Below, one piece after another: positions 10,034 to 20,842 of a stretch of DNA of 64,000 bases; the first letter of the stretch is position 1; each line of letters begins with the position of its first letter. The notes beneath the pieces were generated by a model. It was not told the origin of the DNA. It did not search any database and worked only from the letters and a program-made list of their open reading frames with translations. Source of the stretch: an uncultured Verrucomicrobiae bacterium (GTDB lineage Bacteria; Verrucomicrobiota; Verrucomicrobiia; Limisphaerales; Palsa-1400); NCBI GenBank assembly GCA_963764165.1, contig CAVXRD010000002.1, positions 800,001-864,000 of the forward strand, written 5' to 3'. The translations under genes were made by a program, and so were the position numbers.

Positions 10034-10988
10034 TGCCAGATCTATTTGCAGCCACGGAAATCTCGCGCAGAAATTCCTGCGCTTTTTTTCGGCCGGCTTT
10101 TTCAGAGAGAAACATTTTTTTATCAAAGGACGACATTCGGATGAATCGCGGAATTTGCCGCATTTTTTGAAAAAGCGTTTCCGGCGTTGAGCTTTGTTTG
10201 AATCGAATCGCCTTCAGCACTTCGTCGGAAAATGCCATGCCCTCCAAGAGCCGCAAAAAATAGGGACGCGTCAGCCGAGTGGGCGGAATGAGATGCCGAA
10301 GTTTCAGCCGCACAGTCTGCCCAACTCCGAATCCCATATCGCACGCGGTCCACGCAATGTCGGTGTCACCGGAGGACGACAAACTTGAACCACGCCGGTC
10401 AAGGGCCTGGCGGGCAGGTTCATTGGCGACTAATCGCGCATATTCCGCCGCTACAGATTTCCGGACGCACATTCCGGCTCCGCACGGGAGGCAGCGCGAG
10501 TCGTAATTGTTCGACCACGCGTCCCGCTCGAAACTTCGCGAGCCAAGCATCCACCAGTAGGCGCGCGTCCAATCCGCCGGGGGCGTTTCAAATTCCAGCG
10601 CCACCTCCCCGCCCCAGGCGCCGATCATGGGCCATTGCTGGGCAACCTTCAGCGCCTCGGCCAAGTAATCCGGCGCGAGCAAGTTATCATCATCAACAAA
10701 AACCACCAGATCGGAGGACGATTCTCGAATCCCGCGCACGCGAGCCCATGTCAAGCCCAGCTTATCCTCGCGGATAATCCGGCCTGCACGGTGCCAGGAG
10801 ACATCGATTTTGCCTGCGAGGGCGGGATTCGATCCGTTGTCGATGACGAGCAATTCCCATTGGGACTGCGCAAGCGTTTGCTCTCGCACGAGCGCCATGA
10901 CTTTCGCCAATCGCCCCAAATCCGGATTGTGCGCGCAGATGATAACCGAAACATCGAGCTTCGCGCCCCCTGAAACATTCTCACGCAT
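10026..10988 (-). CDS. Glycosyltransferase family 2
   Basis: VSVIICAHN, IDNGS and FVDDDN motifs. Confidence 0.92.
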   Translation of the reverse strand: MRENVSGGAKLDVSVIICAHNPDLGRLAKVMALVREQTLAQSQWELLVIDNGSNPALAGKIDVSWHRAGRIIREDKLGLTWARVRGIRESSSDLVVFVDDDNLLAPDYLAEALKVAQQWPMIGAWGGEVALEFETPPADWTRAYWWMLGSRSFERDAWSNNYDSRCLPCGAGMCVRKSVAAEYARLVANEPARQALDRRGSSLSSSGDTDIAWTACDMGFGVGQTVRLKLRHLIPPTRLTRPYFLRLLEGMAFSDEVLKAIRFKQSSTPETLFQKMRQIPRFIRMSSFDKKMFLSEKAGRKKAQEFLREISVAANRSGSE

Positions 10989-11853
10989 CGCGCCAAAAGA
11001 GATCCTTCGCTCCGGCGTAGTGCCGCACCAAACATGTCACCTTTTCCTTCAGCGAGAAATTATCGGACAAAGTTGTAGCCACTTCTGTCGTCTCAAATAA
11101 TCGCCCGCCGGATTTTTGGAACGCATGGGCAATCAGGGTTTGTTCGATATGCGTCGATGCGTTTTTGGCAAATGGCTCGGCCAGGGCGTATAAATTCGCG
11201 TCCAATGCCGCGGGCAGAATATTCCGTGAATAATACAGGAAACCGCAGTTCAGCGGCGGCGCCGAGAAAATGCCGGCGCGCAAGGCGTCAGCGACATCTC
11301 GATCATAGGAATAGCCGTAATCGCGCCCGGCGAGAATCGTGGGATTGGATTTCAACATTTGCTCGAGACGGGAAATAAAATCCCCCTTCCACAATACATC
11401 GGCATCCGACAGCAGAATTGCGGATTTCCGATTAGCCGCCACCGTGACGGCGAACTTCCTGGCGTAGCCACCCCAAGGCCTGGACTCTTTCCAGACTTCC
11501 ACGAATCGTTTTTCAATCGGCTGCAGTTCATCAAAGAAGCTTTTCCAATGAAAAATTTTCAACCCCTCGGTTTTGCACGAGACAACGGACTTCAATTTCT
11601 CCACGCACGAACCCGAATCTCCCGCCAGCCAAATCACCGGCGGCTTCGCGGTGAATTGGCGCATCGATCTGAGCGAATAAAGCAAGAGCGGGATGTCTTT
11701 CTCCATCGTCACCATCAGCAATGGCGGCAGATCGCTCCGAAATTCCCAGCTCCAATCCAGCCGCGTCAGGCGCTTCTTCTTGACAGATTCCAGCTTGCGG
11801 CAATATCCAAAAAACAGGCGAAACTTGAGGCTGTTTATCAGTCGTTGGATCAC
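10981..11853 (-). CDS. Putative GT-A fold glycosyltransferase
   Basis: LSDADVLW (DxD), LNCGF and EQT motifs. Start uncertain (GTG at 11853). Confidence 0.6.
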   Translation of the reverse strand: MIQRLINSLKFRLFFGYCRKLESVKKKRLTRLDWSWEFRSDLPPLLMVTMEKDIPLLLYSLRSMRQFTAKPPVIWLAGDSGSCVEKLKSVVSCKTEGLKIFHWKSFFDELQPIEKRFVEVWKESRPWGGYARKFAVTVAANRKSAILLSDADVLWKGDFISRLEQMLKSNPTILAGRDYGYSYDRDVADALRAGIFSAPPLNCGFLYYSRNILPAALDANLYALAEPFAKNASTHIEQTLIAHAFQKSGGRLFETTEVATTLSDNFSLKEKVTCLVRHYAGAKDLFWRDA

Positions 11854-11884
11854 AGGCGCGCATCCTTCAATCGAACCGTTGCCA

Positions 11885-13051
11885 TCATGCCGCCTGCGCC
11901 CGGCCTTGAGAAATCGATTTTGCCCACTTTTCGATGGCCGCGCCCATGGTCTGCGCGTCAAATACAAAATTATCGTCCGTGCGCGGATCTTCGCTGCGAT
12001 AAAAATAGTAGTTCAGTTCCTTCTCGCAGCACAGGGTCCAGTAATCGTTGTTGTCGGCCCCGTAAGGGCAAATCTCGAGAACGTGCGCGCCGGGCGCGCA
12101 AAATGCCAGGTTCGTCAACGCAGCCCCGTGAAGGGCGACAATCATTTTCGCGCCGCGAAACCATCTGACGGTTTCCCGAAACGTTTGCCTCGATGGCACC
12201 AGCAGCTTGAATCCCAGTCTCTCCAGAAAACGGGCGAACTCATCGTTGTTCAGCATCGTCCGAACCTTCGAATCACGGCGATCAATATAAATGCGCTCTG
12301 GAGTCGGGGTGGATTCGCGCGGGACGAGGCTTTCGAGATAATCGGCCATCCACCGGCGCGGAAAGCCGATGCGGTTCGGTATGCTCGGAACGTGTAATTC
12401 GTCGCACGACAAGTATTCCACTTTATCGGTTTCAACAATTTTCTCCGCCGGAATTCCGGCGAGTTTGAGTGTTTCAAGCTGGAAAGGCATCTGCGTTGAG
12501 TTGACAAAGAAATGATCGATTTCACCCAGCGACAAACCCGCCATTTGGAACAGCCGGATCCTGGGCAGCAAATCCATCAGCCAGTGATAAAAGTTGCTGG
12601 ACGAAAAAAGGGCGCTCAGCAAAAGCCCTGTCCCTTTGAAATGCTCGCGCTTTGGAAAGAGAATTTGTTTCTGAACGCGGTTCTGGTCATACGGCGCGTT
12701 AAACGGCCATGGAGGCGACACGTCTCCTAAAATCCAACCGTCATGCGTGATCACGGTGGCATCCGTGCGATAAAATTTTCCGCCCGGCAGCTTGATGACA
12801 AAGGTCGGATTGTTGCGCCATTTTTTGCACCATTCGAATGCGGTCTGCGGCGGGGTGGTGATGGAGATGGGCTCGCGCTTTGCGAACAATGAAACTGGAT
12901 GAAGCGCCCAAAACCGCTCTTGCCGCTCGACCGAGGGAAGCGCGCAGGTATCGAGCCAGTTGCGCGAACACGGATTCACCTTCAATGTTTGAAACGAGTC
13001 CTCGTTGAAGGCCCAGGGCGCTTGCTTTAACAATCGTCGGAGGCGCTCCAT
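11885..13051 (-). CDS. GT61/DUF563 glycosyltransferase
   Basis: NFYHWLMDLLPRI, IYIDR and IVALHGAALTNLAF motifs. Confidence 0.88.
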   Translation of the reverse strand: MERLRRLLKQAPWAFNEDSFQTLKVNPCSRNWLDTCALPSVERQERFWALHPVSLFAKREPISITTPPQTAFEWCKKWRNNPTFVIKLPGGKFYRTDATVITHDGWILGDVSPPWPFNAPYDQNRVQKQILFPKREHFKGTGLLLSALFSSSNFYHWLMDLLPRIRLFQMAGLSLGEIDHFFVNSTQMPFQLETLKLAGIPAEKIVETDKVEYLSCDELHVPSIPNRIGFPRRWMADYLESLVPRESTPTPERIYIDRRDSKVRTMLNNDEFARFLERLGFKLLVPSRQTFRETVRWFRGAKMIVALHGAALTNLAFCAPGAHVLEICPYGADNNDYWTLCCEKELNYYFYRSEDPRTDDNFVFDAQTMGAAIEKWAKSISQGRAQAA

Positions 13052-13055
13052 GGCG

Positions 13056-13898
13056 TCAGGGAGATCCAGCCAGCGTGCGCGACCGGAGACAAAGCCATTT
13101 CATTTGAACGCCGCGGCATTCCTGCACGAGGCGTTTCTTCAGCCATCGTTCCGCTCCGTCCAACTCGGGATAATTGTATGTGTCCACCTTGAATTCATCA
13201 TCGACAGAAAGCACCGCTTCCATGAAATGCGTCGCCGCAAACAGTTCGCACAAATGCTCCGATGTTCCCGGGCACGCGCGATCATGCGTTTCAATCAGCA
13301 GGTGAAAATTCCTTAAAGCAGGCACCGTCTCGGCGGAAAACAAAAACCGCTCCGTCCCTTCGCAGTCGGAGATGACCAGCCCGGAAGCTCCACTCGTGAG
13401 CGAAGCCAGGCATGCCGCGTCGCAAACCGAGCGCAATTCAACTCTTTCCGCGACGCCGTTTTTGCGCGCCATGCGCTCGCACAATTCGCGGGCTTTCGGA
13501 TCAATGTCGAAGGCAATCACTTTGGCGCCCTTGCACCGAAGCGCGAAGCCAACCGCGTAGTAACCTTCCGCGCAGCCAACATCAATCACCAGCGGCAGCG
13601 GCTGCCGGCAAAATTCCTCAACCACCGGATGCAGTTCGCGCTCGTAGCAGCCAAGCAACTTTGGATAGAGAAAGCTGCCCACGGCCTCGAGGTCGGGATA
13701 TTCCATTCCTTGAAACGGGCCGTGCCGCACTTTTTTATCGGGGAAAATTTTGGCCGCGAATTCCTGCGTGGTCGTGTCGAGGGCCGCTGCGCGCTGAATC
13801 GAAACATATTCCGCCACGCGCACAACACTGCCATTGAGCGCGTTCCACAATCCCGGGCGTCCCACGGCGGAGCGAACCCATTTCTCAAAGCGCTTCAA
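13056..13898 (-). CDS. SAM-dependent methyltransferase
   Basis: GPFQGMEY, KLLGCYE, VIDVGCAEGYY and SDCEG motifs. TTG start overlaps the upstream TGA and follows a GGGGAGG-like RBS. Confidence 0.85.
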   Translation of the reverse strand: MKRFEKWVRSAVGRPGLWNALNGSVVRVAEYVSIQRAAALDTTTQEFAAKIFPDKKVRHGPFQGMEYPDLEAVGSFLYPKLLGCYERELHPVVEEFCRQPLPLVIDVGCAEGYYAVGFALRCKGAKVIAFDIDPKARELCERMARKNGVAERVELRSVCDAACLASLTSGASGLVISDCEGTERFLFSAETVPALRNFHLLIETHDRACPGTSEHLCELFAATHFMEAVLSVDDEFKVDTYNYPELDGAERWLKKRLVQECRGVQMKWLCLRSRTLAGSP

Positions 13899-14908
13899 GC
13901 CTTTCCCTCCCCGCTCGCCCGCGCGCGCCAGCCGCCGCCAAAATAGCTGTAAGGCCAGCACGTCATGGCCGGAATTTGAACCGACGGATTTTTTATTCTC
14001 CGGATGGCGCGATAGACCTGTGTAAACAAGAAATATCCCGGATTCCACGCGCTGTTCACCACCGCCGAAACCAGTGAGCGGGGCAATCCGTAATCCACAA
14101 TCCAGCGCAGCTTGGTCGTTTCGCGCTGATAGTGGAAGCCTTTGTCCCAATTTGAGAAAAAGTGCGCGACAAACGAATGATACGTTTTTTGCTGCGTCTC
14201 GCATCGGAAAAGGTGATGCGGCAAATCCCAGGAAACCTTCCCTTCACCGAGTTGGACCGGACCAATCTGGCGGCGCAGGTCGTAGTCCTCAATGCAGCCC
14301 AGATTATGCTCGGAGAGCGCTATGCAAAAGCAGGGCTCGTCGCCCCCTCTTAAAAACCATTCACGCGACAAATTCAATTTGGGACCGAGGATGTCAACCT
14401 GTTGCAGCACCTCGATCGCGCGGTTCGAGATCGATTGCGCCAGGGGACTGCGGTTGAAGTAATAAACGCCGCCATTGTAGCGGGGGATTTCCTTCTTGCC
14501 AGACAGCCGGCAATAATGCGCGATATCAAACCACATATCGCCCTCGCTCATCATGTGGCCGAGCACGCCAACGGGATGGACACTGAGCGTTTTCCACAGG
14601 TCATCGAGCGGCCGAAGGGCCAGGCAATCCGCATCAATAAAAAGAGTCTCCTCAAACGGCGAGTAATCGTAAAGGTATACCTTCTGGCAAGTGCCGCCGC
14701 CGCGCTCCATGCGGCATTGTATGATGTGGTGAAAGTAGCGGCGCAGTTCGGGATTCCCGGGCTGGTCCGTGACGATGGCCCGAGGCGCGTCCGGGTTTGT
14801 CACGATCAGAGAGCGCGCCAGGTTCAGGGCCTGCGCCAAATACCGTGGCTGGCCAAAGGCCATTGTCAATATCCCGCGGCCCGGAATGTATTTTGGATTT
14901 TCCGGCAC
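13895..14908 (-). CDS. Putative GT-A fold glycosyltransferase (GT8-like)
   Basis: YSPFEETLFIDADCL, YNGGVYYF and GDEP motifs. GTG start at 14908. Confidence 0.7.
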   Translation of the reverse strand: MPENPKYIPGRGILTMAFGQPRYLAQALNLARSLIVTNPDAPRAIVTDQPGNPELRRYFHHIIQCRMERGGGTCQKVYLYDYSPFEETLFIDADCLALRPLDDLWKTLSVHPVGVLGHMMSEGDMWFDIAHYCRLSGKKEIPRYNGGVYYFNRSPLAQSISNRAIEVLQQVDILGPKLNLSREWFLRGGDEPCFCIALSEHNLGCIEDYDLRRQIGPVQLGEGKVSWDLPHHLFRCETQQKTYHSFVAHFFSNWDKGFHYQRETTKLRWIVDYGLPRSLVSAVVNSAWNPGYFLFTQVYRAIRRIKNPSVQIPAMTCWPYSYFGGGWRARASGEGKA

Positions 14909-14910
14909 GG

Positions 14911-15813
14911 CTAATTCTTCGCAAGTTTTAACATCTGGCCGAAGCGGACAATTTTCTTTGGCGAAAATCCGTCCGCGATCAAAAACCGGAAGGCGTAAAG
15001 CAGGCCGGTGTCGCGGTGCCCGCCCAAAAACGCGCGGCATGACCAATCCGCATAGAGATCGCTCAAAGTCACCGCGCCTCCCTCGGAAAACTCGAGATCA
15101 GGCTGCCCGAGATGGCGCTCGGAATAATACTCTGTCAGCAATTCACGCCGCAGCCGCTGCTGCGTGGCAAAATGTTTGACGTTCGTCCCGGCGGGATGCT
15201 GCCGGTATTGATAGAGCGCCTCGGTCAAATTCCCAAAATTGCCGTGGGCCGAAAGCCGCAAAAACAAATCCAGATCTTCAATGGATTTATACTTGTCACG
15301 ATAGGCGACAGCCTTGTAGGGCGCAGCCTGAAAAATAGCCGTCGCGTGCGTGACCGCCATGCTGTGGCCGCGGAGAAATTCCGCCATGATTTCCTTGTGC
15401 GACGCCGACGGCCTCATTTCGTAGAGCGGGCGGCGATGAGGATCCATATATAGCAGCCCCGTGCCGGACGCCACGATCTCCGGATTTTGCCGCATGAAGG
15501 CGAACTGCTTTTCCAGCCGCGTCGGAGTACAAGTGTCGTCGCCGTCCATGCGCGCGATCAAATTCCCCCGGGACATCGCAAGCGCTTCGTTCAGCGCGCC
15601 GCAGATGCCGGTATTGGGCCGGCTCTTGAATTGAATTCTCCCGTCGCGCCGCGCAAAGGTTTTGATGATTTCCAGGGAATCGTCCGTCGAACCGTCGTCA
15701 ATAATAATAAGTTCAAAATCCTTGAATGTCTGCGCCAGTGTACTCTCCAATGACGCGGCGAGGAACTTGCCGCAATTGAAGACCGGCATGATGACTGAGA
15801 TTTCCGGGATCAC
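14911..15813 (-). CDS. Glycosyltransferase family 2
   Basis: ISVIMPVFN, DDGSTD, ARMDGDD and EDLDLFLRL motifs. GTG at 15813 overlaps the upstream stop. Confidence 0.92.
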   Translation of the reverse strand: MIPEISVIMPVFNCGKFLAASLESTLAQTFKDFELIIIDDGSTDDSLEIIKTFARRDGRIQFKSRPNTGICGALNEALAMSRGNLIARMDGDDTCTPTRLEKQFAFMRQNPEIVASGTGLLYMDPHRRPLYEMRPSASHKEIMAEFLRGHSMAVTHATAIFQAAPYKAVAYRDKYKSIEDLDLFLRLSAHGNFGNLTEALYQYRQHPAGTNVKHFATQQRLRRELLTEYYSERHLGQPDLEFSEGGAVTLSDLYADWSCRAFLGGHRDTGLLYAFRFLIADGFSPKKIVRFGQMLKLAKN

Positions 15814-17072
15814 GCGAATTGTCCGAAAAACTTCTGAAAAGCACGCCCGCTTTCCGCCATCTGCGCATCCGCCGCTTTCTGCAATCCATCCGAGAACTCC
15901 CCCGCATCGCGCCACATTGCCTTCGCCAGTTTCGCCAGCGTCGCTGAAGCATCGGCCTTGGAAAGGTCGACCACTTCCAATCCCTTTCCAAATTGCATCT
16001 GCAAGCCGCAAAATTTATCGACGTAATATTCCGACGCGACCAGGGCGATGACTGGAATCCCCATCGCCAGGGCGAAGACGCCGGCGTGATAGCTGCCAGT
16101 AATTACAACGCGGCATTTTGAAATTTCGCGCATCACTTCGGCCGGTTCCGCCGGCGCAAAACCGAAATTGCCAGAGATTTCCCGCGGCACGATGCGCTGC
16201 AGGGCGATAACGTCTGAATCCTGCGGTTTCGTTTCAATTGGAAGCACGGCCACGCGCGCATTCAACTCCTTCGCCAGATCGCGAAGCGCGGCGGAAACGG
16301 ACTCCATGCCGGAATCGGCAACGCCGGAATAACTCGCCACGCGAACATTGAATCCTATGGCGTTTCCGAGTTTTCCCGGCGTCATTTTTCTGGCCAGAAA
16401 AATGGCATCGTCGCCGGTTACAATGACATCGGTTTTGGTGACGCCGAAAGATTTCAAAAATTCCGGGCCTTTGCGTCCCTCGCGCAGGCTGATCAAGGAT
16501 GCGTGATAGGCGACCGTCTTGAGTTTTTTTTTAATGACAGCATCTGTAAGCGGGCCGAGGCCTTGGCCGAAAAGCGCCGTTGGCTTTCCCATTTTCTGCG
16601 CCAGGGCAAGCGTGTCAAGTATCCCGTCCGCATGGATCGGGAATGAGTCCGTAAAATATCCTCCCCCGGTGGCCACCACCGCATCGCTGGATTTGACTTC
16701 GTTCCAGTATTCATCCAGGGCGCTGCCGCTGTTCGCCGCCGCCCGCGCGCTGAGGCGCATTAAATTGACGGCCGCGCGTGGAAACCGGAATCGAATTTCG
16801 GCATCGAGTTTTCGGAAGCGCTCCTTGTTGGCCTCGCCCACTCTGCGATAGGAAACCGGCAGCACCTTCATCGAGCGCCACGAGGAAAAGCTGGACGCCT
16901 TGGCCGCGTGGCAGCCAGGGCAGAATTTTTCCAGCCGCTCGGGCGCGTGGGTCACCACGTGCAAATCAGCCTTGGGCAGAATTTCACGGATTCGCTGCAC
17001 CGCTGCCTGCAGCATGGCGACGTCTCCCATGTTGGCCAGGGCGTAGCCGCTGTTTTCTATCAGGATCTTCAC
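15810..17072 (-). CDS. Polysaccharide pyruvyltransferase family protein
   Basis: NMGDVAML, GGGYFTD, GQGLGP, ISLRE and SYHAGVFALAMGIP motifs. Confidence 0.88.
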   Translation of the reverse strand: MKILIENSGYALANMGDVAMLQAAVQRIREILPKADLHVVTHAPERLEKFCPGCHAAKASSFSSWRSMKVLPVSYRRVGEANKERFRKLDAEIRFRFPRAAVNLMRLSARAAANSGSALDEYWNEVKSSDAVVATGGGYFTDSFPIHADGILDTLALAQKMGKPTALFGQGLGPLTDAVIKKKLKTVAYHASLISLREGRKGPEFLKSFGVTKTDVIVTGDDAIFLARKMTPGKLGNAIGFNVRVASYSGVADSGMESVSAALRDLAKELNARVAVLPIETKPQDSDVIALQRIVPREISGNFGFAPAEPAEVMREISKCRVVITGSYHAGVFALAMGIPVIALVASEYYVDKFCGLQMQFGKGLEVVDLSKADASATLAKLAKAMWRDAGEFSDGLQKAADAQMAESGRAFQKFFGQFA

Positions 17073-18337
17073 GCTGCCGCGGCCTCGGCGAATTTCCAGC
17101 GGTGGGGAAAAGTCACGCTGCCATAGCCGGGATTGTCCACCATCGGGCGGCCGCGCACCACACCCTCTTCAACATCAAACACCGCGGCAGCTTCGATATG
17201 GTCCTGCATTTCGCCTTCGGCAATGATGGCGGCGTTGATGCGGTAGCGCCCCGGCAGAAACAAAACCTCCTCAGTCTCCCAAGAGAAAACGGCTTCGCCC
17301 GGGCCGGTGACCACGTCCTGCTCGCCGCGCCGCGCGCTCGAAAAATTCACCACCGCCAGGCCGCTTTGGTCGTAGACGGTGAAACCGAACAGCATGCCTT
17401 TGGCAATTCTGTCAAACCGAAAAATCATTTTGGCGGGAGCGCCAATGCTCAGGCGGCCGGATTGCGGCGCGGCCGGATTGAGAATTTCGACAGAGCAAAG
17501 CCGCGCGCCGCCTTTGCCGCCGCGATCCTTGCGATCTTTCAAGTCTATTTTCTGCGTTTGCTCGAGCGCGTTGAGATACTGCGCCACGGTTTCGTTCGGC
17601 GTGCCGTCAAATACATAGCGCCCCGATTGGAGCAGCAGGGCGCGGCTGCACAGCGTTTGCACGACGGACATGTTGTGGCTGACGAAAAGAATGGTGCGCC
17701 CGCTGCGGCTCACTTCGCCCATTTTGCCAATGCATTTCCTTTGAAAGGCGGCATCGCCCACCGCCAGCACTTCATCCACGATCAAAATGTCCGGCTCCAA
17801 GTGGGCCGCGACGGCGAAGGCGAGGCGGACATACATGCCGCTCGAATACCGCTTCACCGGAGTGTCAATAAATTTTTCAATTTCCGCGAAAGCGATGATC
17901 TCGTCCAGTTTCCGCTTGATCTCGACGCGCGGCATTCCGAGGATGGCGCCGTTGAGAAAAATATTTTCGCGGCCGGAAAGCTCCGCGTGAAAGCCGGTTC
18001 CCACTTCAAGCAGACTCGCCACCCTTCCCGTGATCTCAACTTCCCCCTCCGTCGGTTCAGTGATGCGGCTGAGAATTTTTAGAAGCGTCGATTTGCCGGC
18101 CCCGTTGCGGCCGACGATGCCGAGCGTTTCGCCACGCCGGATTTCAAATGACAAATCGCGCAAGGCCCAGAATTCCGAAAGAGATTCTCCAGCCTCCGCT
18201 TTTTTCGCCGAGGACCGCTTGAAGGGTTTCGTCACGAAATCGTTCAAAACGTGCCGCAGGCCGCGGCCTCCCTCAAAATTCTGGCCAAGGCGATATTTTT
18301 TGCCGAGCTTGTCGACGCGTAAAATGATGTCGGACAT
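17069..18337 (-). CDS. wzt: Polysaccharide ABC transporter ATP-binding protein with C-terminal Wzt_C domain
   Basis: GRNGAGKST, YSSGMYVRLAFAVA and DEVLAVGD motifs. Confidence 0.93.
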   Translation of the reverse strand: MSDIILRVDKLGKKYRLGQNFEGGRGLRHVLNDFVTKPFKRSSAKKAEAGESLSEFWALRDLSFEIRRGETLGIVGRNGAGKSTLLKILSRITEPTEGEVEITGRVASLLEVGTGFHAELSGRENIFLNGAILGMPRVEIKRKLDEIIAFAEIEKFIDTPVKRYSSGMYVRLAFAVAAHLEPDILIVDEVLAVGDAAFQRKCIGKMGEVSRSGRTILFVSHNMSVVQTLCSRALLLQSGRYVFDGTPNETVAQYLNALEQTQKIDLKDRKDRGGKGGARLCSVEILNPAAPQSGRLSIGAPAKMIFRFDRIAKGMLFGFTVYDQSGLAVVNFSSARRGEQDVVTGPGEAVFSWETEEVLFLPGRYRINAAIIAEGEMQDHIEAAAVFDVEEGVVRGRPMVDNPGYGSVTFPHRWKFAEAAAA

Positions 18338-18342
18338 GAAAA

Positions 18343-19380
18343 TCAACAGGCCGCGAAGGCGGACATTTGACTGGAAAACCTATCGCCGTCCCAATCGCGG
18401 ACGAAGAAGCGGGGCAGCTCAAACAAACTGGAATCGCGCCTCACGCAGCAAGGCATGGCGGAAAATGCGCAGCGAAAACGCGCCTCTTGCAGAATGGCCG
18501 TCGTCTCCTTCGTGTAATCCGTGTCGCCGCCGAACGGAAATGAAAACGTGTCGACTGGTTTTCCGAGCATGTCCTCAAGAGCCCGTTTGCTGCCGCGAAT
18601 TTCCGTCGATTGGTCAGCGGCGGATTGGCGCGACAATTTCGGATGGCGCATCGTGTGCGCGCCGATTTCCACCAAGCCGCTTTCAGCCAGCTTCCGCATT
18701 TCATCGGCTGTCATCGACACGTGGGATTTGCGCGGCGTTCGATCGTCGCCCGCCCACGCCGCCACTGCCGCCAGAACATCCTCCCTTCGCTCGGGGATCA
18801 GCTCCTTCATGCGGCTCGACAACTCGGCATACAGGCGATGGCGCTCGCTGGGAATCTCGTTTTGGAAAACATCCCAACTGTCCGCCAGTGGTTGCGCAAA
18901 TGCTTTCTGAGAGATTTTCCAAAAGAAGCGTTCGTCTCCAATATCCATCGCCAAAGTTTCTGGCAGCGGCGAAGGCGCAAACAGAATCCGCTCCAGCTCA
19001 TCCCACCAAAACTCCGATTTCGCGCCAATGTTCCCGCTCGCCACAAAAACCACCGCGGGAATCTCGAATTTTTCCAGAACCGGTTTGGCGTTTGCAAAAT
19101 TGTCCGCATAGCCATCGTCGAACGTGACGAGGACGGCGTTGCGCGGGATTTTATTTTTCGTGACTGCCTGCACAAGCTGGCGCGTGGACAGCGGCTGAAA
19201 TTTTTCCCGCAGAACCTGCATTTGCTCCCCGAATTGATCCGGTCGCACCGACAGCCACTGCGGATCGAAGGGCAAATCGACGACACGGTGATAAAGCAGA
19301 ACACGGATCCCGGGCGTGAGGCGTTTCGCCGCCTGCCGCGCGACATGCCGGATTCTTCCAATGCCGCGCACTCTCATCAA
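18343..19380 (-). CDS. Polysaccharide deacetylase (CE4)
   Basis: LLYHRV, VTFDDGY, IGAHTMRH and FSFPFG motifs. Confidence 0.92.
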   Translation of the reverse strand: MMRVRGIGRIRHVARQAAKRLTPGIRVLLYHRVVDLPFDPQWLSVRPDQFGEQMQVLREKFQPLSTRQLVQAVTKNKIPRNAVLVTFDDGYADNFANAKPVLEKFEIPAVVFVASGNIGAKSEFWWDELERILFAPSPLPETLAMDIGDERFFWKISQKAFAQPLADSWDVFQNEIPSERHRLYAELSSRMKELIPERREDVLAAVAAWAGDDRTPRKSHVSMTADEMRKLAESGLVEIGAHTMRHPKLSRQSAADQSTEIRGSKRALEDMLGKPVDTFSFPFGGDTDYTKETTAILQEARFRCAFSAMPCCVRRDSSLFELPRFFVRDWDGDRFSSQMSAFAAC

Positions 19381-20201
19381 ATGACATCCGCAAAAGAGCG
19401 TTCCGTCTTGCGAAAATACCAGAGGCCCGTGACCAACAAAACAACGACCAAAACCACCGGAAAGACGAAACCCGTCACATCAAGCTTGTTATCCCCGCCG
19501 AGGATGGCCCAGCGAAAGCCGTCAATGACGCCCACCATCGGATTCAGGGAATAGAGCCAGCGCCATTTCTCGGGAACCTTGTCGATTTGATAGGCAAGCG
19601 GGGAAAGGAAGAATCCGAATTGCATGATGAACGGCACCAGGACTCGAAAATCCCGATACTTGACGGTCAAAGCCGCCAGCCAGATGCCGCCGCCAATGGC
19701 CGCCGCGGTCGCCAGCAGGAGGAAGGCCGGCAAAAGAACGATTCGCCACGTCGGCGCAAAATGATACCAAGCCATCATGAACGCCAGAATGAGAATGGAT
19801 ATGGCGAGATCAACCAGCCCGGTCACGACCGAACTCAGCGGAACGATCAGCCTGGGAAAGTAGATCTTCGAGATCAAATTGGCATTTCCAACCACGCTGC
19901 TGCTCGATTCGGAAAGGGAGCCGGCGAAAAAATTCCACGGCAGCAAACCCGCAAAAACCATTAATGGGAACGGCGCATTTCCAGACGAAACCTTTGCCAC
20001 CTTTCCGAAAACAAGAACCAGCAATGCGGTCGATGCGATGGGACGAATGACCGACCACGCCACCCCGACCACGGTTTGTTTGTAGCGCACCAGGATGTCT
20101 CGCCAGGCCAAAAAGAAGAAAAGTTCCCGATATTTCCAAAAATCCCGCCAGTATTGCCTCTCCGTTTGGCCGGGCCTGATGATGATGGTGTCTGGGTTCA
20201 T
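19377..20201 (-). CDS. wzm: Polysaccharide ABC transporter permease
   Basis: RDILVRYKQT, KIYFPR and LNPMVGVIDGFR motifs. Start MNPDT at 20201. Confidence 0.93.
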   Translation of the reverse strand: MNPDTIIIRPGQTERQYWRDFWKYRELFFFLAWRDILVRYKQTVVGVAWSVIRPIASTALLVLVFGKVAKVSSGNAPFPLMVFAGLLPWNFFAGSLSESSSSVVGNANLISKIYFPRLIVPLSSVVTGLVDLAISILILAFMMAWYHFAPTWRIVLLPAFLLLATAAAIGGGIWLAALTVKYRDFRVLVPFIMQFGFFLSPLAYQIDKVPEKWRWLYSLNPMVGVIDGFRWAILGGDNKLDVTGFVFPVVLVVVLLVTGLWYFRKTERSFADVI

Positions 20202-20462
20202 TTTAGAAAAAGCTCCGCCCCTGGCCAAATCTCTGCTCTTCGCAAAGAGGCTTCTATCAACATTTTACCTATAATTTCCCACGCGCTACAACTGACCAAG
20301 CTGACAATGTAAACTACAAGATCACGCCGCAACCCACAAGACGATTCGCCCGGAAACCGCCTCGTTTGCCAACTATGGCAATCCTCGTTTCCGAGCAATT
20401 GCCCTGCCAGTTCAAATTCTGATACCGTTTCTCGATGAAAGCATTCTGAAATATAAGAACCG

Positions 20463-20499
20463 ATATATAATACCTTGAACCCTTTAAAAGATTATATAT
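20463..20499. promoter_or_regulatory. AT-rich 9-bp inverted repeat, possible operator of the HTH-hipA pair
   Basis: atatataat (20463-20471) and attatatat (20491-20499), immediately upstream of the HTH gene. Confidence 0.35.
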
Positions 20500-20509
20500 G
20501 ATAATTTAT

Positions 20510-20842
20510 ATGCGATCAGCGATCCATGATGTTTTCCCGCCGCCACTGCGGCAATCCATGTCTAAATTCGGTCACGATCTGGCAGTGGCTCGCCGCAAGC
20601 GCCACTTCACGATCGGAATGATGGCAGAGCGAACCGGCTTGGCGAAAAGCACGTATGCGCGGATCGAGAAAGGCGATCCATTTGTGGGCATGGGTGCGTA
20701 TGCCATGACCCTTTTCGTTTTGGGTTTTGGCGAGATTTTGAGCGATCTGGCAGACGTTCGGCGCGACAAAGCAGGGCTGCTTTTAGACGAAGAACGGCTG
20801 CCAAAGCGGGTGCGCGTCAAAAAAAACCCCACGGCATTGTGA
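20510..20842 (+). CDS. XRE-family helix-turn-helix protein (HipB-like antitoxin)
   Basis: ARRKRHFTIGMMAERTGLAKSTYARIEKGDP; its stop overlaps the start of a hipA remnant (GTGA). Confidence 0.85.
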   Translation: MRSAIHDVFPPPLRQSMSKFGHDLAVARRKRHFTIGMMAERTGLAKSTYARIEKGDPFVGMGAYAMTLFVLGFGEILSDLADVRRDKAGLLLDEERLPKRVRVKKNPTAL